DNA from: an uncultured Candidatus Rokubacteria bacterium
GTDB taxonomy: Bacteria > Methylomirabilota > Methylomirabilia > Rokubacteriales > DASRDR01
Direction of reading: 5' to 3'
Assembly: GCA_963708025.1 (NCBI GenBank)
Contig: CAVPSB010000037.1
Span: forward strand, 1-64,000
Length of the DNA: 64,000 nt
Shown: piece by piece, positions 28,598 through 37,552 of the stretch
Layout of the letters: each line of letters opens with the position of its first letter
Numbering within the stretch: the first letter of the stretch is position 1
The notes under the pieces: generated by a model
Seen by the model: the letters and a program-made list of their open reading frames with translations, nothing else
Databases searched by the model: none
What the model was told of the DNA's origin: nothing
Made by a program: the position numbers and the translations under genes

Positions 28598-30076
28598 GTG
28601 ATCCTCCACGCCAACCACATCGGGCCAGGCGGCGCTGCGCTGCCGGCGCTCAGTGAGAAGGCCGGCGAGGTCGTCCGGACGGTGCTGGGCCTCGTCGGGG
28701 AGGGGCGGTTCGACCCGCGCGTGGTGTCGGGTCTCCGCCTCCACCTCGACTGGATCCAGTACCGGGCCAACTTCCGGGAGCCGGTGACCGTCCGCCGGGC
28801 GACCGATCCGCGCGGGGGGACGGCCGCCCTCGCCGAGATCGCCGTCGACCTCCGCCGGGTCGAGCCGGCGTCCCTCCGCACCGCCCTCGCCGACGCCTTC
28901 CGCGCCGTGAGCGACGACGCGGCCCTCGATCCCTCCGGCGCGTCCGGGCGCCTCTACCTCGACGACTGGGTGCCGCTGCGCGACAGCGTGATCTGGCGGT
29001 TCAACCACCTCTTCTGGCAGCACGTGGCCGACTGGGAGGCCGCCGTCGGGCGGCGGTTCGAGGAGGCGCTGCCGAGCGGTCGCTCCGACGCCAACCACCC
29101 GGAGGCGGTGGCGGATTCGGTGGCCGACTTCTGGACCCTCCTGCGCGACCTGGAGAAGCGGGGGCGGCTTCCCGCCGAGCTGTTCGTGCTGGAGATCGGC
29201 GTGGGATCCGGGATGCGCGCCGGGCTCTGGCTGGACCGCTTCCGCGCGCTGGACGAGGAGCGGGGCACGACCTACTACCCGCGCCTGCGGTTCCTGCTCG
29301 GCGACTACTCGCTGCCGACGCTGGACCGCGCCCTGGCGGCGGTGGCGTCCCACGGCGACATCGTGAGCGTCATCGCCATGGACGCGCTGAACCCGCTCAA
29401 GACGCTTGCCTTCTTGCGATACAAGATCCTCTACGTCCACCTCACGAACGTCTACGACAACCTGCCCCACGACGAGCTGGTCCGTCGCGATGGCCGCCTC
29501 TACCTGGTCGAGGCCCGCGGCTACCTCTCGCGGGAGGACGCCGAGCGGATCGCGGCCGCCGCCGGGCTGGCGCCCGAGGCCGTCGGCCCGACGGTGGAGC
29601 ACCTGCTCCGGATCGGCCCCGGGGCCCTGGGGACGACGGATCGGGGGGTCGCGTTCTGGCGGGCGGTGTGGGACGCCCTCCGCCTGGAGGAGCGGCTCGT
29701 ACAGCTGGACGACGTCGCCCAGGCGCCCATCCCGCCCGGGCTCGACCGGAGCCATCTCGAGGACCTGCTGGGCGAGGCCCCGGACGACGTGCGCTTCCAC
29801 CTCTCGCGGGGCGCCGCCGAGAGCTTCGTCCACACCGTGCCCCTCCTCCATCCGCGCGGCTACCTCCAGGTCCAGGACATCTTCGTGACCGACATGCACG
29901 AGTACCGGCAGGGCTTCCGCGGGCCCGGCAAGCTCGACGGGTCGGTCGTGAACTGGGTCAACGGCGCCCTCCTGCGCGCGATCGGGGCGCGCGCGGGCTA
30001 CGACGTCCACTTCGCGCCGTTCCGGTACCGGGCGGGGTCGCGGACGTCGATCCTCTACACCACCCCGCGGGAGTGA
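28598..30076 (+). CDS. Class I SAM-dependent methyltransferase-like protein (MidA/NDUFAF7-like) with an extra N-terminal domain
   Basis: Motif I VLEIGVGSG; acidic end of strand 2 (LRFLLGDYS); LTNVYDNLP resembling the SNELFDALP motif; LLHPRGYLQVQD. Confidence 0.75.
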   Translation: MILHANHIGPGGAALPALSEKAGEVVRTVLGLVGEGRFDPRVVSGLRLHLDWIQYRANFREPVTVRRATDPRGGTAALAEIAVDLRRVEPASLRTALADAFRAVSDDAALDPSGASGRLYLDDWVPLRDSVIWRFNHLFWQHVADWEAAVGRRFEEALPSGRSDANHPEAVADSVADFWTLLRDLEKRGRLPAELFVLEIGVGSGMRAGLWLDRFRALDEERGTTYYPRLRFLLGDYSLPTLDRALAAVASHGDIVSVIAMDALNPLKTLAFLRYKILYVHLTNVYDNLPHDELVRRDGRLYLVEARGYLSREDAERIAAAAGLAPEAVGPTVEHLLRIGPGALGTTDRGVAFWRAVWDALRLEERLVQLDDVAQAPIPPGLDRSHLEDLLGEAPDDVRFHLSRGAAESFVHTVPLLHPRGYLQVQDIFVTDMHEYRQGFRGPGKLDGSVVNWVNGALLRAIGARAGYDVHFAPFRYRAGSRTSILYTTPRE

Positions 30077-30081
30077 CGTCG

Positions 30082-31080
30082 ATGTCGGAGCTCTTGCCCA
30101 CCGCCGTCGTCGGAAGCTACGCGATGCCCGGGTGGCTCGAACGGGTGAAGAACGACTACCTGCACCGCCGGCTGTCCCGCCACGACCTCGACGACATCCA
30201 CGACACCGCGGTGAAGGCGGCGATCAAGGACCAGGAAGTGGCCGGCGTCGACATCGTCTCGGACGGGGAGCTCCGCCGGGAGAACATGATCGATCACTTC
30301 ACGACCCGGCTCCCCGGGGTCGAGATCGACCACGCGTCGAAGCGCTCCTACTACGATCTGTACGACTGCGTGGTGCGCGGGCGGCTCCCCACCGGCTCGC
30401 TCGGGCTGGTCGAGGAGTTCCGCTTCCTCCGGCGCTTCACCGACCGGCGCGCGAAGATCTCCGTCACCGGCCCCCACTCGCTCGTCAAGCGCATCCGCAA
30501 CGCCCACTACCCGAGCGACGAGGCCTTCGCCCTCGACATCGCCCGCGTCCTGAACGTCGAGCTGCGCGAGCTGGTGCGGGCGGGGGCGACCGACATCCAG
30601 ATCGACGAGCCGTACTACTCGGGGTTCCCCGAGGACCTGCCGTGGGGCGTGCGCGCGATCAACGCGCTCGTCGAGGGCGTGGGGGCGTGGCTGTCGCTCC
30701 ACGTCTGCTACGGGAACCGCTACGGCAAACCCTCGTGGGAGGGGAGCTACCGCTACCTGTTCCCGGCGATCCTCGACGCGCGCGTGAACCAGCTCACGCT
30801 GGAGTTCGCGCGACGAGGCGACGAGGACGTCCGGCTCTTCAAGGAGTTCGATCCGCCGTTCACTCTTGGCCTCGGCGTCATCGACGTGAAGAGCCACGAG
30901 GTCGAGACCCCGGGGATGGTCGCCGAGCGGGTCCGCGCCGGCCTCGACGTCGTGCCGGCGGCCCGGCTCGCGATCAACCCGGACTGCGGGCTCCTGCACC
31001 TCCCCCGGGCCGTCGCGTTCGCGAAGCTGGGGGCGATGGTGGACGGGACGCGGATCGTGCGCCGGGAGGTCGGCGGCTGA
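30082..31080 (+). CDS. Core (single-barrel) cobalamin-independent methionine synthase
   Basis: PTAVVGSYAMP, DQEVAGVDIVSDGELRR, TGPHSL, IQIDEP, Zn ligands LHVCYGN / LEF / NPDCG. Confidence 0.88.
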   Translation: MSELLPTAVVGSYAMPGWLERVKNDYLHRRLSRHDLDDIHDTAVKAAIKDQEVAGVDIVSDGELRRENMIDHFTTRLPGVEIDHASKRSYYDLYDCVVRGRLPTGSLGLVEEFRFLRRFTDRRAKISVTGPHSLVKRIRNAHYPSDEAFALDIARVLNVELRELVRAGATDIQIDEPYYSGFPEDLPWGVRAINALVEGVGAWLSLHVCYGNRYGKPSWEGSYRYLFPAILDARVNQLTLEFARRGDEDVRLFKEFDPPFTLGLGVIDVKSHEVETPGMVAERVRAGLDVVPAARLAINPDCGLLHLPRAVAFAKLGAMVDGTRIVRREVGG

Positions 31081-32583
31081 ACAGTCTGGCGGCGGCGCTC
31101 CAGGGTGGCCGCTTCTGCTACGTCGTGGAGCTGGTCGCCTCGGCCCTCAGTCGCGAGGCGAAGCTCCTCGAGGTGGCCTCGGGCCTCGCCCGTCTCCCTG
31201 ACGTGGTGGCCGGGAGCGTCACCAGCTACGCGGGGGGCGCCATGGGCCACGACCCGATCCGGGTCGGCGCCGCCGCCCGCGCCCGGGGGCTCACGCCCAA
31301 CGTCCACCTGACGTGCGTCAGCCAGGACCGCCAGGCCGTGCGCAAGACGCTCGAGGACCTCCACGCCCTCGGGATCGAGAACGTCTTCGCGCTCACCGGC
31401 GACTATCCGCGATCCGGGCCCGCCGGGAAAGACCGGCCGGCCGAGCCGCCGGTGTTCGACCTCGACTCGGTCCAGCTCGTCCGCCTGATCGACGACCTCC
31501 GCCGGGCGGGCCGGGGCTTCCACGTCTCGGTCGCGGTCTCCCCGTTCAAGTACATCGAGGCGGACTGCCTCTGGCAGTACCTGAAGCTCGAGAAGAAGAT
31601 CGCCGCCGGCGCCGACTGCGCCATCACCCAGGTCGGCTGGGACGCGGAGAAGTTCCGCGAGCTCAAGCGCTACCTCGGCGAGCGCGGGCTGACCACGCCG
31701 CTCCTCGGCAACGTCTACGTCCTCGGCCCGCGCACCGCCGAGCGGATGAGCCGGGGCGAGCCGCCGGGGTGCTGGGTGTCGCCGGCGCTGCTGGCTACCG
31801 TCCAGCAGGAGAGCCGGGCCCCGGACGGCGGCCGGCGCGCCCGCCTGGAGCGCGCCGCGCGGACGGTCGCGGTGCTCCGCGGCCTCGGGTACGCCGGCGC
31901 CTACATCGGCGGCACCCACGACCCCGCGCACATCGAATGGATCGTCCGCCGGGCGGCGGAGCTGGCCCCGCGCTGGGAGGAGCTGGCCGTGGAGCTAGCC
32001 TACGGCGCCGAGGACGGGTTCTACCTGTACGCGGATCGCGGCCGCGGCGCCCGGTCGGCGACGCCGGCCGGCGCGCCCCCGCTCCGCCCGCCGCCGGGCC
32101 AGGGGCGGCTGGTCACGGCGATCGTGCCGCGCGCCCTCGACCTCCTGGGCCGGCTCTTCCCGGTGACGCGCGACACCTGGCTCCGCCGGGCCCTCCGCCG
32201 GCTCGGCGCGCGGGTGGACCGGATCCCGGCGCTGGCGGGCGCGGTCGAGCGCGTCGAGCGGGCGGTGAAGACGCCCCTCTTCGGCTGCCAGTCCTGCGGC
32301 AACTGCGTGCTCGGCCACCTGGAGTACGTCTGCCCGCAGACGTGCCCGAAGCAGCTCCGGAACGGCCCGTGCGGGGGCACTCACCTCGGGCGCTGCGAGG
32401 TGGTGCCGGACCAGCCGTGCATCTGGGTCGGGATGTACGAGCGCGCCCGCGCGGGCGGCCGGGTCCACGGGCCTGCTCACCTACGTGCCGCCGCCGGCCC
32501 GGTCGCTCCAGGGCACCAGCTCCTGGCTCAACTACCTCCTCGAGCGCGACAGCCGACCCTCGACCCTCGCCCCCGACCCGTAG
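31077..32583 (+). CDS. metF: Methylenetetrahydrofolate reductase fused to a Cys-rich MTHFR_C (MetV-like) domain; CTG start; frameshift near 32470
   Basis: NVHLTC, NVFALTGDYP, VSPFK, KKIAAGADCAITQVGWD; C-terminal FGCQSCGNC...CPQTCPKQLRNGPCGG...CEV...CIW; tail LQGTSSWLNY in shifted frame to TAG 32583. Confidence 0.88.
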
Positions 32584-32608
32584 CTGGCCCGACCTCCTCA
32601 CGGACGCG

Positions 32609-32662
32609 CCCTGCAAGCTGGTCCCCAATGCCCACATTGAGAGCTTCCGCAGTCGATTCCGT
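32609..32662 (+). mobile_element. Degenerate IS3-family transposase (integrase core) remnant
   Basis: Translates PCKLVPNAHIESFRSRFR, matching the PGKPxQNAxIESFNGRxR motif around the catalytic Glu; locally lower GC. Confidence 0.5.
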
Positions 32663-32702
32663 GCTCCCTCTCCCTCCCGTGGGAGGGCGAGGTTAAGAAG
32701 GG

Positions 32703-33692
32703 TCAGCCGTCGCCCACCTCGAGGAGGAGCTTGCCGCTGACGCCCCGCCCCTCCAGGTGCCGGTGCATGTCCGAGCAGGCCGCCATCGGATAGCGCGCTT
32801 CGATCGGGATCGCGAGCCGCCCCTGGAGCAGCGCATCCAGGACGTAGCGGACCCCGCGCCGCCAGCGCGGCGAGCCCGGCCGGGCGTGCAGGAGCTCGAA
32901 CCCGGCCAGGCTCGTGGAGCGCTCGTAGAGCTTGGGTCGGACGGGGAAGTCGGGATAGCCGGCCGCCTCGCCGATGTTGATCACCCGGCCGAAGGGTCGC
33001 AGCAGTTCGAAGCTGCGCGGCAGCACGTCGGCCCCCAGCGAGTCGATCACCAGATCCACGCCGCGCCCCCGGGTGAAGGCCATCGTGGCGGCGACGAAGT
33101 CCTCCCGGCTCCGGTCGATCACGCGGTCGGCGCCGAAGGCCAGCGCGCGGGCGGCCTTGGCCGCCGACCCGGTGGTCCCGATGACGCGGGCCCCGAACGC
33201 CTTGGCGAGCTGCGTGAGGCAGAGCCCGACGCCGCCGCCGATGGCGTGCACGAGGATCGTCTCGCCCTCCCGCACCCGGTGGGCGGTGCGCAGGAGGTGA
33301 TACGCGGTGAGCGCGACGACCGGAAAGGCGGCGCCGAGCTCGAGCGGTAGCGCCTCGGGAAGCGGAACGACGTAGGACGCCGGTACCGCCACGCGCTCGG
33401 CGTAGCCCCCCAGCATGCGGGGACCGGTCAGGGCCGCCACGCGGGCGCCGACCGTCACGTCGCGCACGGCCGACCCGACGGCCGCCACCCGCCCGGAGAC
33501 TTCGAGCCCGATGATCGCCGGGTAGCTGACCGGCTCGGGATAGACCCCTTGCCGCTTCTGGACGTCGCTCCAGTTACAGCCGGCCCAGGCGACCTCGATC
33601 AGCACCTCGTCGGGCTCGGGGAGCGGCGCCGGGAGCTCGCGCAGGGCGAGCGCCTCGGGGTCGCCCGGGGACTCGACCACGATGGCCCGCAT
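32703..33692 (-). CDS. NADPH:quinone oxidoreductase-like MDR enzyme
   Basis: MRAIVV, GCNWSDVQKRQGVYP, GLEVSG, LVHAIGGGVG, TRGRGVDLVIDSLG, SGKLLL. Confidence 0.93.
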   Translation of the reverse strand: MRAIVVESPGDPEALALRELPAPLPEPDEVLIEVAWAGCNWSDVQKRQGVYPEPVSYPAIIGLEVSGRVAAVGSAVRDVTVGARVAALTGPRMLGGYAERVAVPASYVVPLPEALPLELGAAFPVVALTAYHLLRTAHRVREGETILVHAIGGGVGLCLTQLAKAFGARVIGTTGSAAKAARALAFGADRVIDRSREDFVAATMAFTRGRGVDLVIDSLGADVLPRSFELLRPFGRVINIGEAAGYPDFPVRPKLYERSTSLAGFELLHARPGSPRWRRGVRYVLDALLQGRLAIPIEARYPMAACSDMHRHLEGRGVSGKLLLEVGDG

Positions 33693-33727
33693 CCGGTCGG
33701 AGGCGACTCGGCGATCTCCGGCGACGG

Positions 33728-34534
33728 TCACGCTGGGCGGGCAGGGGGCCGGGCGCCCGCGCGGGGGAACGCGGCCTCGAGCGAGTGGACCACGAGCTCC
33801 ACGCACTCGTCGGTCAGCAGCCGGCCGATCTCGGCCGTCGCGGCCTTCGCCGGGGACAGCACCCCCGTCGGCGGGATCCAGCTCGTGTCCGTGGGGTAGA
33901 CGTCGTAGGGTGGGGGCGCCGCCGGGGGATCGTTCGGGACCTGGCCCATGTCTACGCGGTCCGGGAAGAGGTGGAGCATCAGCGCGGTCTCGAGGACGCC
34001 GGCGTGCTCGAGATCGAGGCCGGGGAAGCCGTGCGGGAAGATCCGGGCCAGGGTCTCCGGCCGGATCGTCTCGCAGTACCGCATCTTGAGGACGCGGAGG
34101 TCCTCCGGTCCCTCGGCCCGGGCGTCGCGGATCGCGAGGTCGATCCCCTCGGTGAGGAACATCTGGTTCTCGTAGTGACCGTCGATCAGGGCGATCCGCC
34201 GGGCGCCGTGGCGGGCGAACTCGCGGAGGAGGTCGCGGACGGTTGACGTCAGGGTCCCGCCGTCCAGGCTGGTGGTGCCGCAGAAGTGGTTGCCGCCGCC
34301 GGTGCGCGGCTGGGACTTGTAGCCGTAGGTCAGCGCGGGGGCGACGACGCCGCCGAGCCGCTCGGCCACCCGGCGCGCCATCTCCGTCGCCAGGATGGCG
34401 TCGGTCCCCAGCGGGAGGTGCGGGCCGTGCTGCTCGAGGGCGCCGACCGGAAGCAGCACGACGGCGCCCTCCGTCGCCACCCGCTCCCGGTACTCGATCC
34501 ACGACATCTCCGACATGAAGACCGAACGGGCCAT
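33728..34534 (-). CDS. Creatininase (creatinine amidohydrolase) family
   Basis: LLPVGALEQHGPHLPLGTD, YGYKSQPRTGGGNHFCGTTSLDG, IDGHYEN, EHAGVLET; AAGGAGG SD. Confidence 0.92.
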   Translation of the reverse strand: MARSVFMSEMSWIEYRERVATEGAVVLLPVGALEQHGPHLPLGTDAILATEMARRVAERLGGVVAPALTYGYKSQPRTGGGNHFCGTTSLDGGTLTSTVRDLLREFARHGARRIALIDGHYENQMFLTEGIDLAIRDARAEGPEDLRVLKMRYCETIRPETLARIFPHGFPGLDLEHAGVLETALMLHLFPDRVDMGQVPNDPPAAPPPYDVYPTDTSWIPPTGVLSPAKAATAEIGRLLTDECVELVVHSLEAAFPRAGARPPARPA

Positions 34535-34584
34535 CGGCTCCTCCTCCTTGGTCGCGCGGTGTCGGCTGTGTGCCGCCGCCCCGT

Positions 34585-34613
34585 ATTGCACGGCGGGGGC
34601 GCGGTGGTGTCAA
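34585..34613 (-). promoter_or_regulatory. Sigma70-like promoter TTGACA-17-TGCAAT for the creatininase operon
   Basis: Perfect -35 and 17-nt spacer; -10 deviates at position 2. Confidence 0.55.
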
Positions 34614-34654
34614 GCCGTCCGTCCCCGCGGTTCCCGTCCGTGCGGGCGGGCGGG

Positions 34655-34683
34655 TTGACACTCTCTCGATGCCCTCCTAGAGT
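34655..34683 (+). promoter_or_regulatory. Sigma70 promoter TTGACA-17-TAGAGT for the ureohydrolase operon
   Basis: Perfect -35, 17-nt spacer, TAnnnT -10; divergent from the previous promoter. Confidence 0.75.
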
Positions 34684-34730
34684 GAGTCGTCAGCTTCGTC
34701 GCAGCGCACGCTCATCGCGGGAGGGCGCGG

Positions 34731-35786
34731 ATGTCCCAGGGTCCGATGCACCACCATCACGGCGCGGGACGGCTGAACATGCCGTTCGTCGGCATCCCCT
34801 CGTTCCTGCGGGCGGCGATCTGCACCAACCTGGGCGCGCTCGATGCCGACATCGCCGTCATGGGCGTCCCCACCGACGAGGGCTCGCCGTTCATGCCCGG
34901 CTCGCGTTTCGGCCCCCGCGCGATCCGGGAGCACTCGATGCGCTTCGTCACCGGCGACCCCGGCTACTACGACCCCGAGGCGCGGCGTCACTTCCTCGAG
35001 CACGAGATGGGGGAGGGCCGGATCGTCGACGTCGGCGACGCCGACATCCTGCCGACCAACGTGGTCGACACCTTCCACAACGTCACCGGCATGACCGGCC
35101 TGGTCCTCGGGCAGGGGGCGATGCCGGTCGCCATCGGCGGCGACCACGCCATCAGCTTCCCCATCGTGCGGGCGTTCAGCGAGCCGCTCCACGTCGTGCA
35201 CTTCGACGCCCACCTGGACTACGCCCCCTTCATCCACGGGCTCGAGTACACGAACTCCCACGCCTTCCGCCACATCACCCGCCTGCCCCACGTCCAGAGC
35301 CTGACCCAGGTCGGGATCCGCAGCCTCCGCAACACCCAGGCGATGATGGAAGACTCGCTGCGTGACGGCAACCGCGTGGTGACGATGGAGGAGTTCCGCG
35401 ACGTCTCCTACCGGGGGTTCCTCGACCGGATCCCGCGGAACGCGCGCTGCTACGTGAGCCTCGACATCGACGTGCTCGACCTGCCGCTCGTCCCCGGCTG
35501 TGTCTCGGCCGAGCCCAACGGCCTCCTGTACGCCGAGCTGCGCGACACCCTCTTCGCGCTGGCCGAGCACGCCGAGATCGTCGGCTTCGACCTGGTCGAG
35601 GTGAACCCCTTGCTCGACGTCGGCACCGGCATCACCTCCTACCTGGCCGCCCACACGATGGTCGAGTTCCTGGGGCGCATCTGCGACCAGCCCCGGTGGA
35701 TCGCCGGCCGAGACGCCCGGGCCGCCCGGCGGGAGGCCGCCGCCCGGCAACGTTTGGACGTGGGAGACGCGGGCCCCGGGGCCTGA
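34731..35786 (+). CDS. Ureohydrolase (agmatinase/arginase family)
   Basis: PGSRFGPRAIR, DVGD, IGGDHAIS, HFDAHLD, QVGIR, SLDIDVLD, FDLVEVNP. Confidence 0.93.
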   Translation: MSQGPMHHHHGAGRLNMPFVGIPSFLRAAICTNLGALDADIAVMGVPTDEGSPFMPGSRFGPRAIREHSMRFVTGDPGYYDPEARRHFLEHEMGEGRIVDVGDADILPTNVVDTFHNVTGMTGLVLGQGAMPVAIGGDHAISFPIVRAFSEPLHVVHFDAHLDYAPFIHGLEYTNSHAFRHITRLPHVQSLTQVGIRSLRNTQAMMEDSLRDGNRVVTMEEFRDVSYRGFLDRIPRNARCYVSLDIDVLDLPLVPGCVSAEPNGLLYAELRDTLFALAEHAEIVGFDLVEVNPLLDVGTGITSYLAAHTMVEFLGRICDQPRWIAGRDARAARREAAARQRLDVGDAGPGA

Positions 35787-35811
35787 CGCGCAGGAGAGAG
35801 GAAACCACCGG

Positions 35812-36753
35812 ATGGCCAGCCCGATCGTCGTCGACGCCCACATGCACGTCTACGAGACCAAGGCCGAGGGGGCGCGGCAGAAGGCCGGCTACGAGATCTG
35901 GGAGTACGGCGAGAAGCCCGGGGTGCCGTTCAGCCGGTACGCCGGCGACGTCGACGACGTGGTGGCCGCCATGCGCCAGGCCGGCTACGCGCACGCCGTC
36001 TCGGTCAACCTGTTCGCGGCCGACCTGGCCCGCGAGGAGGCGCTGGCGACGCTCCCGCCCGGCGCCGACCGGGCGCGGGCGCTCGCCGAGGTCGACGCCA
36101 CCATGGGGGACCGGCTGCGCGCGTTCAACCGGTGGGCCTGCGGCGTGGCCGGGACGCACCCGGAGATCACGCCGTTCGTGGCGGTGGATCCCGGGGTCCT
36201 GAGCGTCGAGGCCAACGTGGCCCACCTCCGGGAGTTGGCGACGCTGGGTGCCCGTGGCGTCAAGCTCCACCCGGTGGTCCAGCGGTTCTCGCCCGACGAT
36301 CCGCGGATGCTGCCCGTCTATCGCGCCTGCGTCGAGCTGGGCCTGGTCGTGCTCTCCCACTCGGGCACGGCCCGGGGCGCGGCCCAGTACGCCGAGCCGC
36401 GGGCGTTCGCCGAGGTGCTGCGGCGGTTCCCCGACCTCACCGTGGTCCTGGCCCACCTGGGCGGCGGCTCGTGGCGCCAGACCGCGGAGCTGGCGCGGAC
36501 CTTCCCGAACGTCACCTTCGATTGCTGCGAGATCGTCGAGTGGACGGGGGCGCCGAACGCCCCCAGCGACGAGGCGCTGGCCCGCCTGATCCGCGACGTC
36601 GGCCCGCACCGGGTCATGCTCGGCACCGACTTCCCCTGGTACGATCTCGATCACACCGTCGAGCGCGTCATGGCGCTGCCCCTCCTCTCCCGGGAGGAGA
36701 AGGAAGGCATGCTCGGCGCCAACGCGGTCCGGATCCTGCGCCTCCGGCTGTGA
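35812..36753 (+). CDS. Amidohydrolase_2 family protein
   Basis: VVDAHMH, GARGVKLHP, LSHSG, VLAHLGG, VMLGTDFPW, GANAVRIL. Confidence 0.92.
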   Translation: MASPIVVDAHMHVYETKAEGARQKAGYEIWEYGEKPGVPFSRYAGDVDDVVAAMRQAGYAHAVSVNLFAADLAREEALATLPPGADRARALAEVDATMGDRLRAFNRWACGVAGTHPEITPFVAVDPGVLSVEANVAHLRELATLGARGVKLHPVVQRFSPDDPRMLPVYRACVELGLVVLSHSGTARGAAQYAEPRAFAEVLRRFPDLTVVLAHLGGGSWRQTAELARTFPNVTFDCCEIVEWTGAPNAPSDEALARLIRDVGPHRVMLGTDFPWYDLDHTVERVMALPLLSREEKEGMLGANAVRILRLRL

Positions 36754-36782
36754 GCCGGACGGCCGACGAGGTCAGGGCGACC

Positions 36783-37398
36783 ATGAGCATCGCCGAGGGG
36801 CTGAAGGTCGGGGCGCGAGCATCACGTTCCGGCCCGGACCGGGATCGCGTTCCGCGTGGACGCCGGCGACCACATCCGGATCGTTGACCTCCAGGGCGAG
36901 CAGGCCGCCGACTTCTGGGCCTTCCACGAGAACGACCTGACCGAGTACCTGTCGGCCCCGCACACGCGGATCGGCCTGATGCGGCTCCTGCCGCGTCCGG
37001 GCGAGTGCTTCCTGACCAACCAGCGCCGGCCGATCATCCGCGTCGTCGAGGATCCCGTCGGCGTCCACGACTTCCTCTCGGCCGCCTGCGACCGCTGGCG
37101 CTACGAGGAGCTCGGCCACAAGGGCTGGCACGCCTCCTGCCAGGAGAACCTCGAGCTGGCCATGAAGCGCGCAGGCTACGGCTGGGTCGTCACGCCCCAG
37201 CCCTTCAACGTCTGGACGAACTTCCACCTCCACCCGGACGGGACGTTCGAGATCCGGCGTCCCCGCAGCAAGGCCGGAGACCACATCCTGCTGCGGGCGG
37301 AGATGCCGTCCGTCATCGGCATCTCCGCGTGCCCCCAGGACATCACGCTCACCTGCGGCCAGCACCCGACCGACCTGCTGGTCCAGATCCTCCGATGA
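36783..37398 (+). CDS. DUF1989 / urea carboxylase-associated family protein (frameshift near 36812)
   Basis: HVPARTGIAFRVDAGDHIRIVDLQGEQAADFWAF, HDFLSAAC, HASCQENL, PFNVWTN, SKAGDHILLRAEM, SACPQD. Confidence 0.88.
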
Positions 37399-37460
37399 GA
37401 CCTCCGGTGCCGGCCTTCTCGACCCGCCCGCGCCACGCTGCGTCGGGACGGCGCGGCGCC

Positions 37461-37552
37461 ACCCCTCCCCCCGCCACAGGCCGAAGGCCGTCCGATCAGT
37501 GGGGAGGGGTCGCCAAAGGCCGGAGGCCGTCGAAGGGTGGGGGAGGACCCGA
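37461..37552 (+). repeat. Modular repeat with two cores (37473, 37512), ending at the next start codon
   Basis: ACCCCTCCCC...core...GGGGAGGGGT forms an outer stem; second core, then GGGTGGGGGAGGACCCGA-ATG. Confidence 0.85.

Noticed and set aside
19005-30010. Long antisense ORFs (e.g. 19005..20900, 20191..21786, 27404..30010)
   Set aside because: Mirror frames of well-supported plus-strand genes, with no motifs; typical of high-GC DNA.
26171-32696. 804-aa, 470-aa and 854-aa ORFs suggesting fusions to GalD, MetE and MetF
   Set aside because: The N-terminal extensions are Arg/Pro/Gly-rich off-frame reads through upstream genes, expected at this GC content.
34684-36783. Guanidine riboswitch ahead of the ureohydrolase/DUF1989 genes
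   Set aside because: The leader is only about 40 nt, and no ykkC, paired ACGR-loop hairpins or guanidine-III pattern was recognised.
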